Shown: piece by piece, positions 41,361 through 55,741 of the stretch
How positions within the stretch are numbered: the first letter of the stretch is position 1
Layout of the letters: every line of letters starts with the position of its first letter
Assembly: GCF_009914755.1 (NCBI RefSeq)
Contig: NC_060928.1
Strand: one strand, 5' to 3'
Length of the DNA stretch: 64,000 nt
From: the human T2T-CHM13v2.0 reference genome, Homo sapiens
The notes under the pieces: generated by a model
Databases searched by the model: none
The model's input: only the letters and a program-made list of their open reading frames with translations
What the model was told of the DNA's origin: nothing
Program-made: the position numbers and the translations under genes

Positions 41361-43573
41361 TGATATGGTTTTGCTGTGTCCCCACCCAAATCTCAGCTTG
41401 AATTGTAATTCCCACAATTCCATGGGAGGAACTGTCATAGGAGGAACCCAGTGGGAGGTAATTGAATCATGGGGGTGGATCTTTCCCATGCTGTTCTTTT
41501 GATAGTGAATAAGTATCACGAGATCTGATGGTTTTAAAAATAGGAGTTTCCCTGTACAACCTCTCTTCTCTTGTCTGCTGCCATGTGAGACATGCCTTTC
41601 ACCTTCTGCCATGATTGTGAGGCCTTCCCAACCATGTGGAACCATAAGTCCATTAAACCTCTCTTTTGCAAATTGCCCACTCTTGGGTATGTCTTTTTTA
41701 GCAGAATGAAAACAGACTAATACAGTAAATCGGTACCAGTAAAGTTGGGCACTGCTGTAGATACCTGAAAATGTTGAAGCAACTTTGGAACTGGGTAACA
41801 GGCATGGGTTGGAACAGTTTAGAGGGCTCAGAAGAAGACAGAAAAATATGGGAAAGTTTGGAACTTCTTAGAGACTTGTTGAATGGCTTTGACCAAAATG
41901 CTGATAGTGATATGCACAATAAAGTCCAGGCTGAGGTGGCCTCAGATGGAGATGAGGAACTTGTTGGGAACTGGAGCAAAGGTGACTTTTGTTATGTTTT
42001 GGCAAAAAGACTGGTGGCATTTTGCCCCTGTCTTAGAGATTTGTGGAACTTTGAACTGGAGAGACATGATTTAGGGTATCTGGCAGAAGAAATTTCTAAG
42101 CAGCAAAGCATTCAAGATGTGATTTGGGTGCTGTTAAAGGCATTCAGTTTTATAAGGAAAGCAGAGCATAAAAGTTCGTAAAATTTGACAATGATAGAAA
42201 AACAAAAACCCATTTTCTGAGGAGAAATTCAAGCTGGCTGCAGAAATTTGCATAAGTAATGAGGAGTTGAATGTTAATCCCCAAGACAATGGGAAAAATG
42301 TCTCCAGGTATGTCAGAGGTCTTCATGGCAGCCCCTCCCATCACAGGCCTGGAGGCCTAGGAGGAAAAAGTGATTTTGTGGGCCAGACCCAGGCTCCTGG
42401 TGCTATGTGCATCGTAACGACTTGGTGCCTTGCATCCCAGCCACTCCAGCCATTGCTGAAAGGAGCCAACGTAGAGCTCAGGCCGTGGCTTCAGAGGGTG
42501 CAAGCCCCAAGCCTTGGCAGCTACGTATGGAAATTCCTGGATGTTCAGGCAGAAGTTTGCTGCAGGGGTGGGGCCTTTATGGAGAACCTCTGCTAGGGGA
42601 TTGCAGAAGGAAAATGTGCAGTTAGAGCCACCACACAGAGTCCCTTTTGGGGCACCACCTAGTGGAGCTATGAGAAGAGGGCCACCATATTCCAAACCCC
42701 AGAATTGTAGATCCACTGACAGCTTGCACCATGTGCCTGGAAAAGCTACAGACAAAACACCAGCCCATGAAAGCATCCGGGAGGGAGGCTGTATCCTGCA
42801 AAGCCTCAGGGATGGAGATGCCCAAGACTGTGGGAACCTACCTCTTGCATCAGCATGACCTGGATGTGAGACACGGAGTCAAAGGAGACTATTTTGGAGC
42901 TTTAAGATTTGACTGCCCCACTGGATTTCAGACTTGCATAGGGCCTGTAGCCCCTTTGTTTCAGTCAATTTCTCCCACTTGGAATGGGTGTGTTTACCCA
43001 AGGCCTGTACCCCCATTGTATCTAGGAAGTAACTAACTTGCTTTTGATTTTACTGGCTCATAGGTGGAAAGGACTTGCCTTGTCTTAAATGATACTTTGG
43101 ACTGTGGACTTCTGAACTAATGCTGAATGAGTTAAGACTTTTGGGGACTGTTGGGAAGGCATGATTTGTTTAGAAATGTGAGGACGTGAGATTTGGGAGG
43201 GGCCCAGGGTAGAATGATATGGTTTGGCTCTGTCCCCACCCAAATTTCATCTTGAACTGTAGCTCCCACAATTCTTATGTGTCTTGGGAGGAACCTGGTG
43301 GGAGGTAATTGAATCACGGGGGTGGGTCTTTCCCGTGTTGTTCTCATGATAGTGAGTAAGTCTCACAAGATCTGATGGTTTTAAAAACTGGAGTTTCCCT
43401 GCACAAGCTCCCTCCTCTTGTCTGCTGCCATGTGAGATGTGCCTTTTATCTTCCACCATGATTGTGAGGCATCCCCAGCCATGTGGAACTGTAAGTCCAT
43501 TAAACCTCTTTCTTTTGTAAATTGCCCAGTCTCGGGAACGTCTTTATCAGCAGCATGAACATGGGCTAATACA
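41361..43573 (+). mobile_element. Complete THE1 (THE1B-like) MaLR: LTR 41361-41724, internal region, LTR 43215-43573
   Basis: Two similar tgatatggttt...ctaataca LTRs, THE1-internal ORF remnant 41771..42181, 5-bp TSD cttgc (41356-41360 / 43574-43578). Confidence 0.95.
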
Positions 43574-44050
43574 CTTGCCATATGACCAGAAATTCTATTT
43601 CTAGGTATTTTCCCAAAAGAAATGAAAAGAACTCAAGTGTCCATCAGCTGATGAATAAGTAAACAAAATGTGCTACACCCAAACCATGGCATACTACTCA
43701 GCAATAAAAAAGAAAGACAAACACAACAATATAAATGTTTCTCTAGAATATCATAAGTAAAAAAAGGCAGACTCAAAAGCTTGAATAATGTATAATTCCA
43801 TTTATATGTAAATTTAGAAAAGATAAAATCATAGCAGCAGAAACAGTTCCTAGGGCCAGAAGTGGGAATAGAGATTAACTGCAAAGGAACATGAAGAAAC
43901 TTTTTAGGAATGATTAAAGTGCTCCAAAACATTACTGTAATTCTGATTGCCTGACTACATACATCTACCAAAATTCATCAAATTGTACATTTAAATGAAT
44001 AATATTTATTATGTATAAGGTATACCTCAATAGAGCAGAAATAAATAAAT
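43574..44050 (+). mobile_element. Ancient L1M 3' fragment; host of the THE1, begins at about 41320
   Basis: catatgaccagaaattctatttctaggtatttt...tatacctcaata is typical of an old L1 3' end. Confidence 0.7.
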
Positions 44051-45704
44051 AAATCTCAACACTAAAAAGTTTTCAAATAATACAGCAGCAATAAAATACA
44101 TTTCACAAAAAAATTAATATATCCTATCATTTGACCTCCCTGTCACAAAAGTTATTTTAATTTTTGTCTTTTATTTTTCTGTGCATATTCATAACCTGGA
44201 ATATTTTCCACAGTGGTAGTTCTGAGTGAATTTAGGTTCATATATTTTTCATTTAAAATAATACAACTTTCTATGCTGTTGAAAAGTTTTTATCAAGACA
44301 GTCAAATACTTAAACATTTGAGTATGTTGTTTAAAAAATCAATTCTAGTGAGCAGCAATATCCATCAGACTCAATATGATATACTTAAAGAACACTTAAC
44401 TTGGTTGTACTCATGTTATCTGCATTCTACTTAATTAGTCTTGCCACTAAATAGATATGAAACTTCACTTAAATCTCATTTGTTTTTCTGGGCTTCAAGT
44501 TCCTCATCTAAAAATAATAGGAATCGATTAGATCAGTGTTTGTCCAAGAACAATCTACAAGATAAGGGGTTTACAACTAAATGTAAATTGACTATTTCAC
44601 TAAGCATTTTGTAACTAGTCCTTCTGAATGAAGAGAGGGTTGTGTTGATTTATGTTCTGGTAGAATCTCTTTTCTCATCATAGGCAAGAAACAGTTGACA
44701 AAAGAGTGTCACTGGGTAGTACTAGGTTAGACGTTACTTTGGTTCACTCCAGATCTAAAAGTGATTAAATCTTTCTGCATAGAAATATCCTTCATACTTC
44801 TGACACATATAAGATTTCTCTCTAACTGTAAACAAACTCTTCCCAATTTTTCAAATATTCCAGTTCTAGTCTATTCCCTAAAAATATCTACAAAAATTCT
44901 GTTGTGCCAACTCTCAGAAAACCTAAGTGCTAATATATATTATTCCCGCTGCTGTTCAACATTCTTACAGTGGTAATGTTTAGGAAAAAGATAAACACAA
45001 AGTATAATGAAAACTATTTGAGCCACCACTTAAGATATATAAATAACAAGTAACTATGTCAAATCTATCTCCCTTCTGGCTCAAGAGCATAACATAGCAC
45101 TTTGCAGGTGAGCTTAAGTACTTAATATATCATCCTCAGGGCTAGGGACCTCAGACATACACATCTCAGGTACTACCTTAATCTGACTTGCAAAGCCATT
45201 CTGATCATATGGTTCACTCACATTAGAACTTTCTTATATTTATCTTAGAGTCATTAAGTATAGAAATGCCCAGGAACCCCAGATCAGATCTGCTATGGGA
45301 GAGTTAAAAGGTTTAGGGGTGCCTTATAGTAGTAACTTGCAAACATTTTGGAGCTCCACAGTAGGTGGTCAAATCTGCTCTATGACTGCTTTACAAGTCC
45401 AATTCTTTACTCTAATCTAATAATTACATGAAAAGAAATCAAATTTCCATGATGGCCATTCTTACTAATCCTTAAAATATGTAAGATTCTAGATTACGTT
45501 TTAGATGTCATTCTTAATTTAACTTGCCCTTTATAAATAAACTAACTTTGAAGGATGTATAATATTTTATTTGTAATATACTAGACCATCAGACTGACGG
45601 TAAGACCCAATCTTAGAGTAACTGGGCCACTCAATAAGTTAATACTTAGAAATAATTTGGATTTCAGATTCATGATATATAAATAAGCAACTCAAAATCA
45701 AAGC

Positions 45705-46244
45705 TGTTGGAACTTTAAATTATTTTGAGCCTTAAAGGATTGTGCTTATGCAACCTGAATCACATGACAGGCAGCTGTAACTTTTGTTCCTCTGATTATA
45801 GATTGACCTTTTCTTTATCCACGTTGTTTTCTAAAATACTGTAAAAGACTAAAAAGTGCCAGAGAAGACCCCTTGCCTCTCCACTATTGATCTTCATTAT
45901 AGCTTAACTTCCCTTTTACTTCTCTGACACAAAGATCGCATGACTATCACATTGTCTAAGATGGAATATTAAATGCACTCTTTTAAATTGGAAAAGGAAA
46001 ACAGCTATAGCTAAACTGCTATAACTAATCAAATTGCTATAACTCATAAACCAGCTTTTTAAAAAAATGTTATAATCCTATTAAATTTCTTTATTTTCTG
46101 ACTATAAGAGCAAGACCTTTTCACCTTTGGAGCACTGACCCCATTCCTTTGGAGTCTGTGTTACTTGAATAGCTATTCTAGCCTTTGCACCTGAATAAAC
46201 TCTCTTAAACTGGATTCTGACCCTTTTGATTATTTCAAGTTTAC
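45705..46244 (+). mobile_element. ERV1-type solo LTR (MER4-group/MER34-like, subfamily uncertain)
   Basis: TG...CA termini, tataa near 46103, AATAAA near 46194, LTR-like composition. Confidence 0.55.
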
Positions 46245-46865
46245 AATAATAAATACTACTGAGCTAGCCTCAAATGGCATTCTTAAAGTAGTCATACTTC
46301 AACATAGGGGCTCAGGGCTCCAAGACCAACTGTTTCAAGAGGCCCAGATCAATCTGTAAAGCAAATGGTTTTATCTGAGAAGTGCTAGAATATCACTTCC
46401 ACTCCATGCATTGGTCAAGAAAGCACCAGGGCTAGTCAAGACTGAAGGGGAGAAGAGTGAGACTCAATCTCTCCATGGAATGAGTAGCAAACAATTATAC
46501 GAAGTGTATTACTATAACCAAACTCTAAAATCTGTGGCAGCGACTTTGGAATCAGACAATCGGTCAGAAACTAGAGCGACCTGATGAGTTAGAATAAAGG
46601 CCTTGAGGAGACTGCTGGTGATGACTTGAAAGACAGCGGGGAAAACGTTATTAGAGCATGGAGAAATGATAACTGGTATTATGCAATGGCAGAAATTTTA
46701 GCAACACTAATACTTGAGGTAATGAAGAAAATACCTAATGAACTGCTAGATTCTAACTAAGGAAATTTCCAGGCTGAATTTCAAAGTGCCAATAGTTCCT
46801 TTCATCCATGTGTGAGAAGGTATAGATAGATAGAAGGAAAAGAGTTTATAAAGTGTTCAGTTTTC

Positions 46866-47416
46866 TGGAACTACCATTTGACCCAGCAATTCCATTACTG
46901 GGTATATACCCAAAGGAATATAAACTGTTCTATTACAAAGACACAAGCATGTGTATGTTCATTGAGACACTATTCACAACAGCAAAGACATGGAATCAGC
47001 CTAAATGCCTATCAATGGTAGACTGGATAAAGAACATATACACCATGAAATACTATGCAGCAATAAAAAAGAATGAGATCAAGTCCTTTGCAGAAACATG
47101 GATGGAGGTACAGGCCATTATCCTTAGCAAACTAACACAGAAACATAAAACCAAATACCACATGTTTGCACTTATAAGTGGGAGCAAAATAATGAGAACA
47201 AATGGACACATAGAGAGGAACCACAGACAATGGGGCCTACCAGTGGTGGAGGGTGGGAGGAGGGAGAGAGTCAGGAAAAATAACTAATGGGTACTAGGAT
47301 TAATATCTGGTGATGAAACAGCCTGTACAAGAAACCCCCACGACACAAATTTACCTATATGACAATCCCACACATGTGCCCCTGAACTTAAAATAAAAGT
47401 TAAAAATAAATAAAAA
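46866..47416 (+). mobile_element. 5'-truncated L1 3' end (L1PA13-16 type)
   Basis: ORF2 C-terminus ([17 protein letters not shown] 46853..47287), 3'UTR and A tail. Confidence 0.9.
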
Positions 47417-48340
47417 GTAATACAGTGTATAACTTTTCAAGGAGAATGTATAGGAAATAAAAAGGAACTAGAATTTCCTAGATTTGAAAATAAACTGTTT
47501 TTCATCCCCAGTCTATCCAGATAACAAAAATCTCTCAAAGTAAGAAGGGGCTTAAAGGAAAAGATGTAAAGCAGGATTTGGCTGTAAGACCTTTAGAAAT
47601 ATTTATGGTAATCCCTCATAGAACTTCTCAAAAAGGGGCCTTAAGAATCTTAAGGTCTTTATCCTGGGCCTTTTCACTTAGACAATGGTGCCCTAACAAC
47701 TTAAGGGTGTTAAAAACATAATAGCCTCAAAGGTGATACAAAATAGACAAAGGTGACACAAAACATGTAACAGCCTCACAGGTGATTTAAAACAGTTTTT
47801 CTAAGAAAATGTAACTGTGGCTTTTGTCTAGTGGATTTGATTATAAATTAAAACAATAAGAAACTCAAAGGTTTTATAAGAATCGTATCATCTTGGGATA
47901 AAAGGGACAATGAGAGTAAAAAGGAAAAGAAGCTGATAGAAGCAGGCTGAGAAAGCTACAGCGGCAAACACAGCCTATTTCATAGAGAAAAAAGGATGAC
48001 TCAGAGCAGAACCAAGAGCCTAAAAGGCAGAACAAACAACCACAGAAAATCATTCCCCCCAGAGAGCCTTACTGGATCCTCATCAAGGAAATGCTAACAT
48101 GTGCCCAGCTGATTTTCAGAATTGCTATGGTACTGTGACTGTTGTGGGCCTCCAGTTTTCCCTCTTCCTGAACAGGAGTGTCTGATCTGATTATCCTGTA
48201 TCTCTCCCACCACTGTATGATGGATGAAACAATCCTCTCTTTGGTTCACAGCTCTGCTTATAGAGAAGGAGCTGTATCTTAAGAACCACAAATAAGAATC
48301 CTCATCTGCACTTATACCTGACTTAGATGACAAGACCCGG

Positions 48341-48930
<590 letters not shown>

Positions 48931-49894
48931 TTTTTTAAAAAATGATCCTGGAGTTTGAAATTATGACATAATTACATGAAACTTTTGGGTCCTTGAGAAG
49001 GAGTAGGTGCATGTAGGAACAATGTAAATATTTTTGTAGCCAGGGAATTGATCATACAGTAGATTAAAGTTGGCCATCAATTCTTTGCTACTCTTCTCAC
49101 TGAGAGATAAAGTTTCATGTCCTTTCAATCAATATGTGCTACTCTGAGTGACTTAATTAACTAATAGAATGCAGAAGACATGATATCCTGGGAGTTCTGT
49201 GGCTGGGTCATAAAAAATCTTGCAGCATCTGGTCAGGTCTCATGGAACCCTGGGCCACCATGTTAAATGTTAGGCTGCCCTCAGGCAGCCATGCTGGAGC
49301 TAAGTACATCCTTTGAATAACAGACCCATCTGAGCCTTGCCTTCTAGCCATCCCACAAAATAATGATATATAATAGAAAAGCCTGTTGTTTTAAGCGACT
49401 AAGATTGTTGAACAGCAATAGATGCCCAGAACTGTATGTCAGCAATTTTATAATTTATTTTGGTTCTATATTCTTAGCTCTGAACACTAAAATATCCACT
49501 GAGAATACCAGAATACATGATTGAAAACCTCTGAAATAAAAAAGTTTAACAAAACTGAACATCATAAATTATATTACTAATGGTGACCACATAGTTGATA
49601 TATTATGTTGTTCATCTGCCAAGAAAAAAATCAGAAAATTTACCAAATAAAGAAAAACAACAGAAAATTATAATTAGGATGTGCAGAATGTTAAACTGAA
49701 ATCTTACTAAAACTGTATATTATTTTGATTTATCTGTGTTTAATGTATAGTGAATGCTTTAAAAAATGTTGACTTAAAATGACACCAACCATAGGACAAA
49801 AAAGAAAACATACTCTCTGGTGTATCCATCTTGTTAAGAACATTAAGTTTCTTTATAAAGCCGAAGAGTAGACATATATAGATAAATTGCTAAC

Positions 49895-50054
49895 CTGGCA
49901 TTTCCTCTGTCCTGATGTCCTGTGTGAATCGAACAGCACTTTGACCAAATGGAATATTTTTCAGTCCTGATGTTTTCTTCAAAGACTTGAGAGCAGTTCG
50001 AGGTTCATTATATGTGCCAGGAGCCGGGGTGATTGATTTCATAGGTAAAAATCT
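49895..50054 (-). CDS. STPG2: Coding exon, 160 nt (RFLPMKSITPAPGTYNEPRTALKSLKKTSGLKNIPFGQSAVRFTQDIRTEEMP-G)
   Basis: Acceptor ttcttcactag|AGA, donor CCAG|gttagc. Phase 0 to 1, open frame with PAPGTY. Matches the recalled STPG2 protein. Confidence 0.93.
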
Positions 50055-50600
50055 CTAGTGAAGAACAGGAAAATATGCCAATAAGAAAGTATAGTACATT
50101 TTGATACTTCATGAGTTAAAACCTGCCTTTTGAGTAATATAACATCTGGAGTTAATTTATTTCTTAATGGAGTGAAGAAAATGTAGATGAACTAAGATCT
50201 TGTACCCATCAAAACATAAAATATATAGCTTTTAGTAAAATCACCTGTATACTAATATAGTAATGTATTATGTGCCTTACTAAGGCAGACAGACTTTTAG
50301 AAGAAAATAATCTCAACATGAGACTCTAGATGATAGTGTAGGGATAATGATCATACTTAAAATATTCTGCCAGTTAATATAAATAAAAAACTATATGATC
50401 TAACACTTTATTTTATGTGATCAAATTATATTTATTGAAAAAGTTCCTCAACATGTATATTCAATTAACTCAACAGTATCATTAGATATCTCAAAAAAAA
50501 TCTTAGATTCAGTGGTTTATCAATTCAGTTTAACTTTTAAACTTATTAACATTATATATATAAAATGTTTATATATATATATATAACTATAAATTCATGA

Positions 50601-50899
<299 letters not shown>

Positions 50900-51103
50900 T
50901 AGCATTGTATAATCTTTTTAACTTTTCATTTGAAAAGAATTTCAAATTTACAGAGAAGATGCATGAATAAAAATAATACAGAAAATATGTGTATAACCTT
51001 TACCCAGATTCCTCTATTATCATGTTACCTCATTTGCCTTTTTTTCTTTGCCAACTCTATCTCTGTTTTGTCTGTTTGTCTTTCTCTTCCTCTGTCTCTC
51101 TTA

Positions 51104-51144
<41 letters not shown>

Positions 51145-51766
51145 TTTTGAAAGTTGCATATTTCATGGCTCTTTACCCACAAATACTTCAGTATGTATTT
51201 ACAAAAAAAATGCAGATATTTTCTTACATATCCACAGTACAGTTATCAACTTCAGTAAATGTATCAATGATCTAATGCTTTCATGTAATCTAGGATTCGT
51301 ATTCCAAATTCGTTGGCTGATCTAATAAGGCCTCTACTGCATTTTTCCCCTTCAGTACATAATCTAGTTTAGAGTCACATATTGCTTTAGTCATCATGTC
51401 TCTTTTATGTCCTTTAATGTAGGAACATTTCTACAGCCTTCCTTTGTGTTTTGTGATTTTAACATTTTGGGAGAATCACCCTTTTGTATAATAGAACCTT
51501 ACTTACTTGAGGCTTACCTGATATTTCCTCATAATTATATCCAGGTTATACATTTCTGGACATACTACTAGGTGGGTGATGTGTGGCTTTCCCAGGATAT
51601 CATATCTGGAGATGTGATGTCTGCTGGTCTTCACTGGTAATTTTAATTTTGATCAAATTCAACACTGCCTCTATATTTATAATAAGTACTTAGCATTCTA
51701 CTGTAAGCAAGTGCTCTCCCTTCTCCTTCAATTATTTATTTCATTAGCTATCTACTTACCTATCTA

Positions 51767-52194
51767 TAGTCGACCCTTGAACAACACGGGTTTGAACAAT
51801 GTGGTTCCACTTATACACAAATTTTCTTCAGTCTCTGCCACCCTTGAGATAGAAAGACCAACCCTTCCTCTTCTTCCTCCTCCTAGTCTATTGAATGTAA
51901 TGACAAGAGCTTTATAGTAATTTACTTCCATTTAATAAATAGTAAATATATTTTCTCTTCCTTGTGATTTTTTAATAACATTTCCTTTTTTCTAGCTTAC
52001 TTTATTGTAAGTATACAGTACATAACACATATAACATACAAAATATGTGTTACTTGACTATGTTATTGGTAAGGCTTCCAGTTAACAATAGCCAATTTGT
52101 AGCTAAGTTTGGGAGGAGTCAAAAGCCACATGCAGATTTTCAAATGCTTGGAGGGTTGGCATCCCTAATCTCTACATTGTTCAGAGGTCAACTG
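51767..52194 (+). mobile_element. Tigger2a-like DNA transposon (TcMar)
   Basis: Terminal inverted repeats agtcgacccttgaacaa / ttgttcagaggtcaactg, flanked by TA, about 428 bp. Confidence 0.85.
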
Positions 52195-52889
52195 TACTTA
52201 GTTATCTATTTATTATCCACATTGACTCATGAATGCCAATGTTAACGATTTATAATTCATTACTGAGCAGGTGGGGGGCCCTTCATATTGTTTCCTATGT
52301 CCCTGTGATATGCTCTCATCATTATCTCGTTTAGAACTTACTTTCTGAAATAAAATGTTACACTGTCCTCTTCCACCTACCCTGGAATCAGTTATTTCTC
52401 TGAGGAATCCTTTTTCTTTCAGTAGGAATAGAATTAGAGACCAAGATCTGGGCACTTGATGTGTCCCTTGCTACTGGGGTATCTTTGCTTCTTAGTTCAT
52501 TTAGCAGACAGAGCTAGGACATACACACATTCACAGAGAATGAGAGGGAGAAACACACACATACATATATACACTCATACATAGACATGTGAACATATAT
52601 ACATTTACATGTGCACATATATATGCATATATTCATACATATAAATATATATTAAAAATCATGAGTTCACATAAAAGCCTTCAATTCAAATCCATCCCAC
52701 AAGGTCCTCTTTCACCTCCTCCAATCCATATTTGTATGCACCTTCCTTAACAATGAAAACCATACCTCAGATTATCAACTTTTTTGCTCAAACTTGTGAT
52801 ATATCTAAGATAGTTTTATAATTGCTTTACCCATACCATCCCAATAAACCAACCTACTAAAAATAATTAAGAATTTGTTTCCAATTCTT

Positions 52890-53175
52890 CTTTTTTTCTT
52901 TTTTTCTGAGACAGAGTCTCATTCCATCACACAGGCGCAATCTCGACTCACTGGAACCTCCACCTCTTGGGTTCAGAGGATTCTCGTGCCTCAGCCTTCT
53001 GAGTAGCTGGAATTACAAGCACATGCCACAATGCCCAGCTAATCTTTGTATTTTTAGTAGAGACTGGATTTTGCCATGTTGGCCAGGCTCGTCTCAAACT
53101 GCTGACCTCAAGTAACCCACCCGCCTCAGCCTCCCAAAGTCTTGGGATTACAGGCATGAACCACCGCACCCGCCC
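52890..53175 (-). mobile_element. Alu (S/J type)
   Basis: Reverse-complement Alu with perfect 14-bp TSD tgtttccaattctt (52876-52889 / 53176-53189). Confidence 0.9.
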
Positions 53176-53509
53176 TGTTTCCAATTCTTACATTCACTAC
53201 CCACTCACCCTCCAATTCCAGCCCCCATCGAAGACTGATATAGTCAAATACTATGGTTACCTGGATTATTACTTCTTTTTTTCCCTTCAGTGTAGTTAAG
53301 GGCATTCATTTGAAATAAAACTGCTCATTTGTTTCCATTTGTTTTCAGTTTAGTTTTTAACTTTTCCCATTCTTACTGATTTATTTTTATTTTTTAATAT
53401 ATGAAACATTGAAATCTTTCCAAAAGATAAATACGTATTTTTTGAAGTGTAGTCAAAGAAGTGTTACGCCCCCTGTTGGGGATGCTGCGCTACTTGGGAC
53501 AGAAAAGTC

Positions 53510-53667
53510 TCAATTTGCAACATTTGCTGATTTCCATGGTGTAAATACACCCGCAACAGTGGCTAATTTCACACTACCAACATAATGTCAGCCAGCTTGC
53601 AAAACTCCTGGAAACTTAACAATTGGGTCTTGCAAGCCAGTACAAATAAACAGCAGCATACCAGTGC
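53510..53667 (-). mobile_element. MER63-like hAT fragment
   Basis: ttgcaaaactcctggaaacttaacaattgggtcttgcaagccagtac...agcataccagtg resembles the MER63 end. Confidence 0.6.
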
Positions 53668-53954
53668 TTGCACTTTACCTCCTCACCATCCCTTGTAGAT
53701 AACTAACATCATTGTTTTCTGGTTTATCTTCATCGTGTTTATATAGCCAAGTAGTTATGTGTATGTTTTCCTATTTTCCTATCTTTTTTAAACAAAAATA
53801 TAGTCAACATATATGTTCTTTTGAGTTGTGTAAAGTAGGTAAATATTAACACTACTAAAATAATAATTTATTATTGGAAGTACTAAAAGGACTCTGAAAT
53901 TTATTATCCTAAATACTATCTTATTATTTTAGATGCTAAGTATAATGTTTATAA

Positions 53955-54152
53955 AATGATAGTTTTCAACCATGGCTGCTTATTAGAATTACTTGAGGAA
54001 TTAAAATATATATATTACTGTTTAGGCCCTATTCTGAACCAAATGAATCAATTTCTGGAAGGAAGAGCAAAGGGCATGTTGGCACTTGGGTATCAGAATG
54101 TATTTAAATTCCTCAGATGTTTTTAATATGCATCCAGGGGTAAGGGCCATTG
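53955..54152. mobile_element. MER5-like hAT-Charlie MITE
   Basis: agttttcaaccatggctgc..attagaatta...tgaatca...taatatgcatccaggggtaagggccattg. Confidence 0.6.
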
Positions 54153-54636
54153 CCATAAAGGAAATATTGTGTATTTAAAATTAATAATTGAAGACATAAG
54201 GCAATTCAATGCATTTAGATAAAATGCCCGACAACTCCTAAATCAATGACTAAAATAAGCATCTCAGAAATGTATCTGTCTTTATTCCTACAAACCAGAA
54301 ATTCTGTGTTCTAAGTCTACTTTGTTAATTGTGTTATTTCTTTTTCTATCTTAATCACTTATATGTATCTATTCATATTCAAATAAACATTAACATTACC
54401 CCTAGCAGGTTATCCTGTTTAAACTCTTCCATATCTTTTACTGCAGAACCATTATTCTTTTCCCCATTATCCCCTTAAACCAAATTGATATCATATTCTT
54501 TTCTATTTCTAAAAATATATTTTAAAATATGATTATTGTCAAGTGATGTAAGGTTAGGGCTATATATCAGATTAACAGAAATAGTATGAAACCTGAGATT
54601 TTATTTGTAAAAATCATATTTTTAAAAAATCAAGGG

Positions 54637-54730
54637 TACACATACACGCACATGCATGCACAGGCACATGCGCAAGCGCACGTGAGCGCACACAAACACA
54701 CACACACACACACACATACACACACACACA
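54637..54730. repeat. (CA)n-rich microsatellite
   Basis: Directly visible. Confidence 0.9.
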
Positions 54731-55633
54731 GAAAATATCCTGTCTTCCCCACATCCATCTCTTGTAGTACCTTAAGCATCATTAAGTTGCTTGATGCAGA
54801 AATCTAGTATTCATTCTTGATTCCTCTCAGTCCCTTATAACATCATCTAGCCCATTAAAAATCATGTTAATTTTATCTCCAAATATACTTGCAATCTATC
54901 TACTTGTCTCCAAGGAGGTGTCTCTTAAGTACAATAAAATCAAAGTAGTCGTCTATAGTCACCTGAAGGTTAATACTCTTCCCAAGTTAAATAAGATAAT
55001 CAGAGCCATACATACCACAGGTGGATAAATATCACAATCACTTTGGTCTGGAGGCTGCCACATAATAAAGGTTTGCTAGTATTATAATTGTCTTGCCTTA
55101 CAAATATGTTAGATACCTTCAGTTCCTCTTAGTATATTCCTGGGAGTATGTGAAATGGTTACTGCAAAATATACTCTATGACTGTTGTATCACTAGTGAA
55201 GGTCCCAGTGGCAGCTGTAGAAATGACCTATGGCCAGGCTCCACAGAATGCCTTCAGAACCTTTTCAGAAAGAGATGCAAGCCTATATAGCTTACATGTT
55301 AACACTCCACACATTCATTGGCAAAGTATATTTTAAAACAGACTAAAGAAGACATTTCTTATAAACTGAACTGAACATTCATATATGCAAATTTGCTTAA
55401 TAGAAAATGTTTAATAGATGGTCCTATTCAAATATTCATCTGTGTATTTCTAATTTTATTTCACTTCATTTTACCCATATGTTTTGGCAATATATTTTTC
55501 CTAGACCATGTCTATTTCCAATTTGCTTAAATATCACTTTTCTTCTTATAACCTTTAAACATCATTGAATGTGTTGCTGGCCTCACACTATGCCTATTAG
55601 ACTCTATATATGAAAATGGCTGTAGACCATTAC

Positions 55634-55741
55634 CTGGGATTGAGAAAGAAAAGCAGGAGATGCATCATTTGCATTTGGTGTCATACTTTCTATCTTCTGA
55701 AATTGACTTTTAATGTCATATTTTCCAGGCCCTGGTACTCC
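55634..55741 (-). CDS. STPG2: Candidate 108-nt in-frame coding exon (GVPGPGKYDIKSQFQKIESMTPNANDASPAFLSQSQ), one extra PG repeat
   Basis: Acceptor atttctttttgtgatttag|G (AG at 55743-55742) and donor CAG|gtaatg (GT at 55633-55632). 36 open codons, phase 0-0, containing PGPGKY. Its end AFLSQSQ joins RF of the next exon to complete the repeat motif. Confidence 0.8.

Larger units (their letters stand above)
50920..53830 (-). mobile_element. Ancient L1M (MC/MD-type) 3' region with nested insertions
   Basis: ttgaaaagaatttcaaatttacagagaag...tacccagattcc and further diverged L1 3' motifs. Includes (CA)n at 51108-51141. Confidence 0.6.

Noticed and set aside
41771-43036. Novel proteins from the 100-139 aa ORFs
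   Set aside because: These are fragmented THE1-internal ORF remnants.
54400-54508. Possible extra minus-strand exon (ag...GGG|gtaatg)
   Set aside because: 109 nt with stops in all three frames, a weak Py tract and no PG motif.
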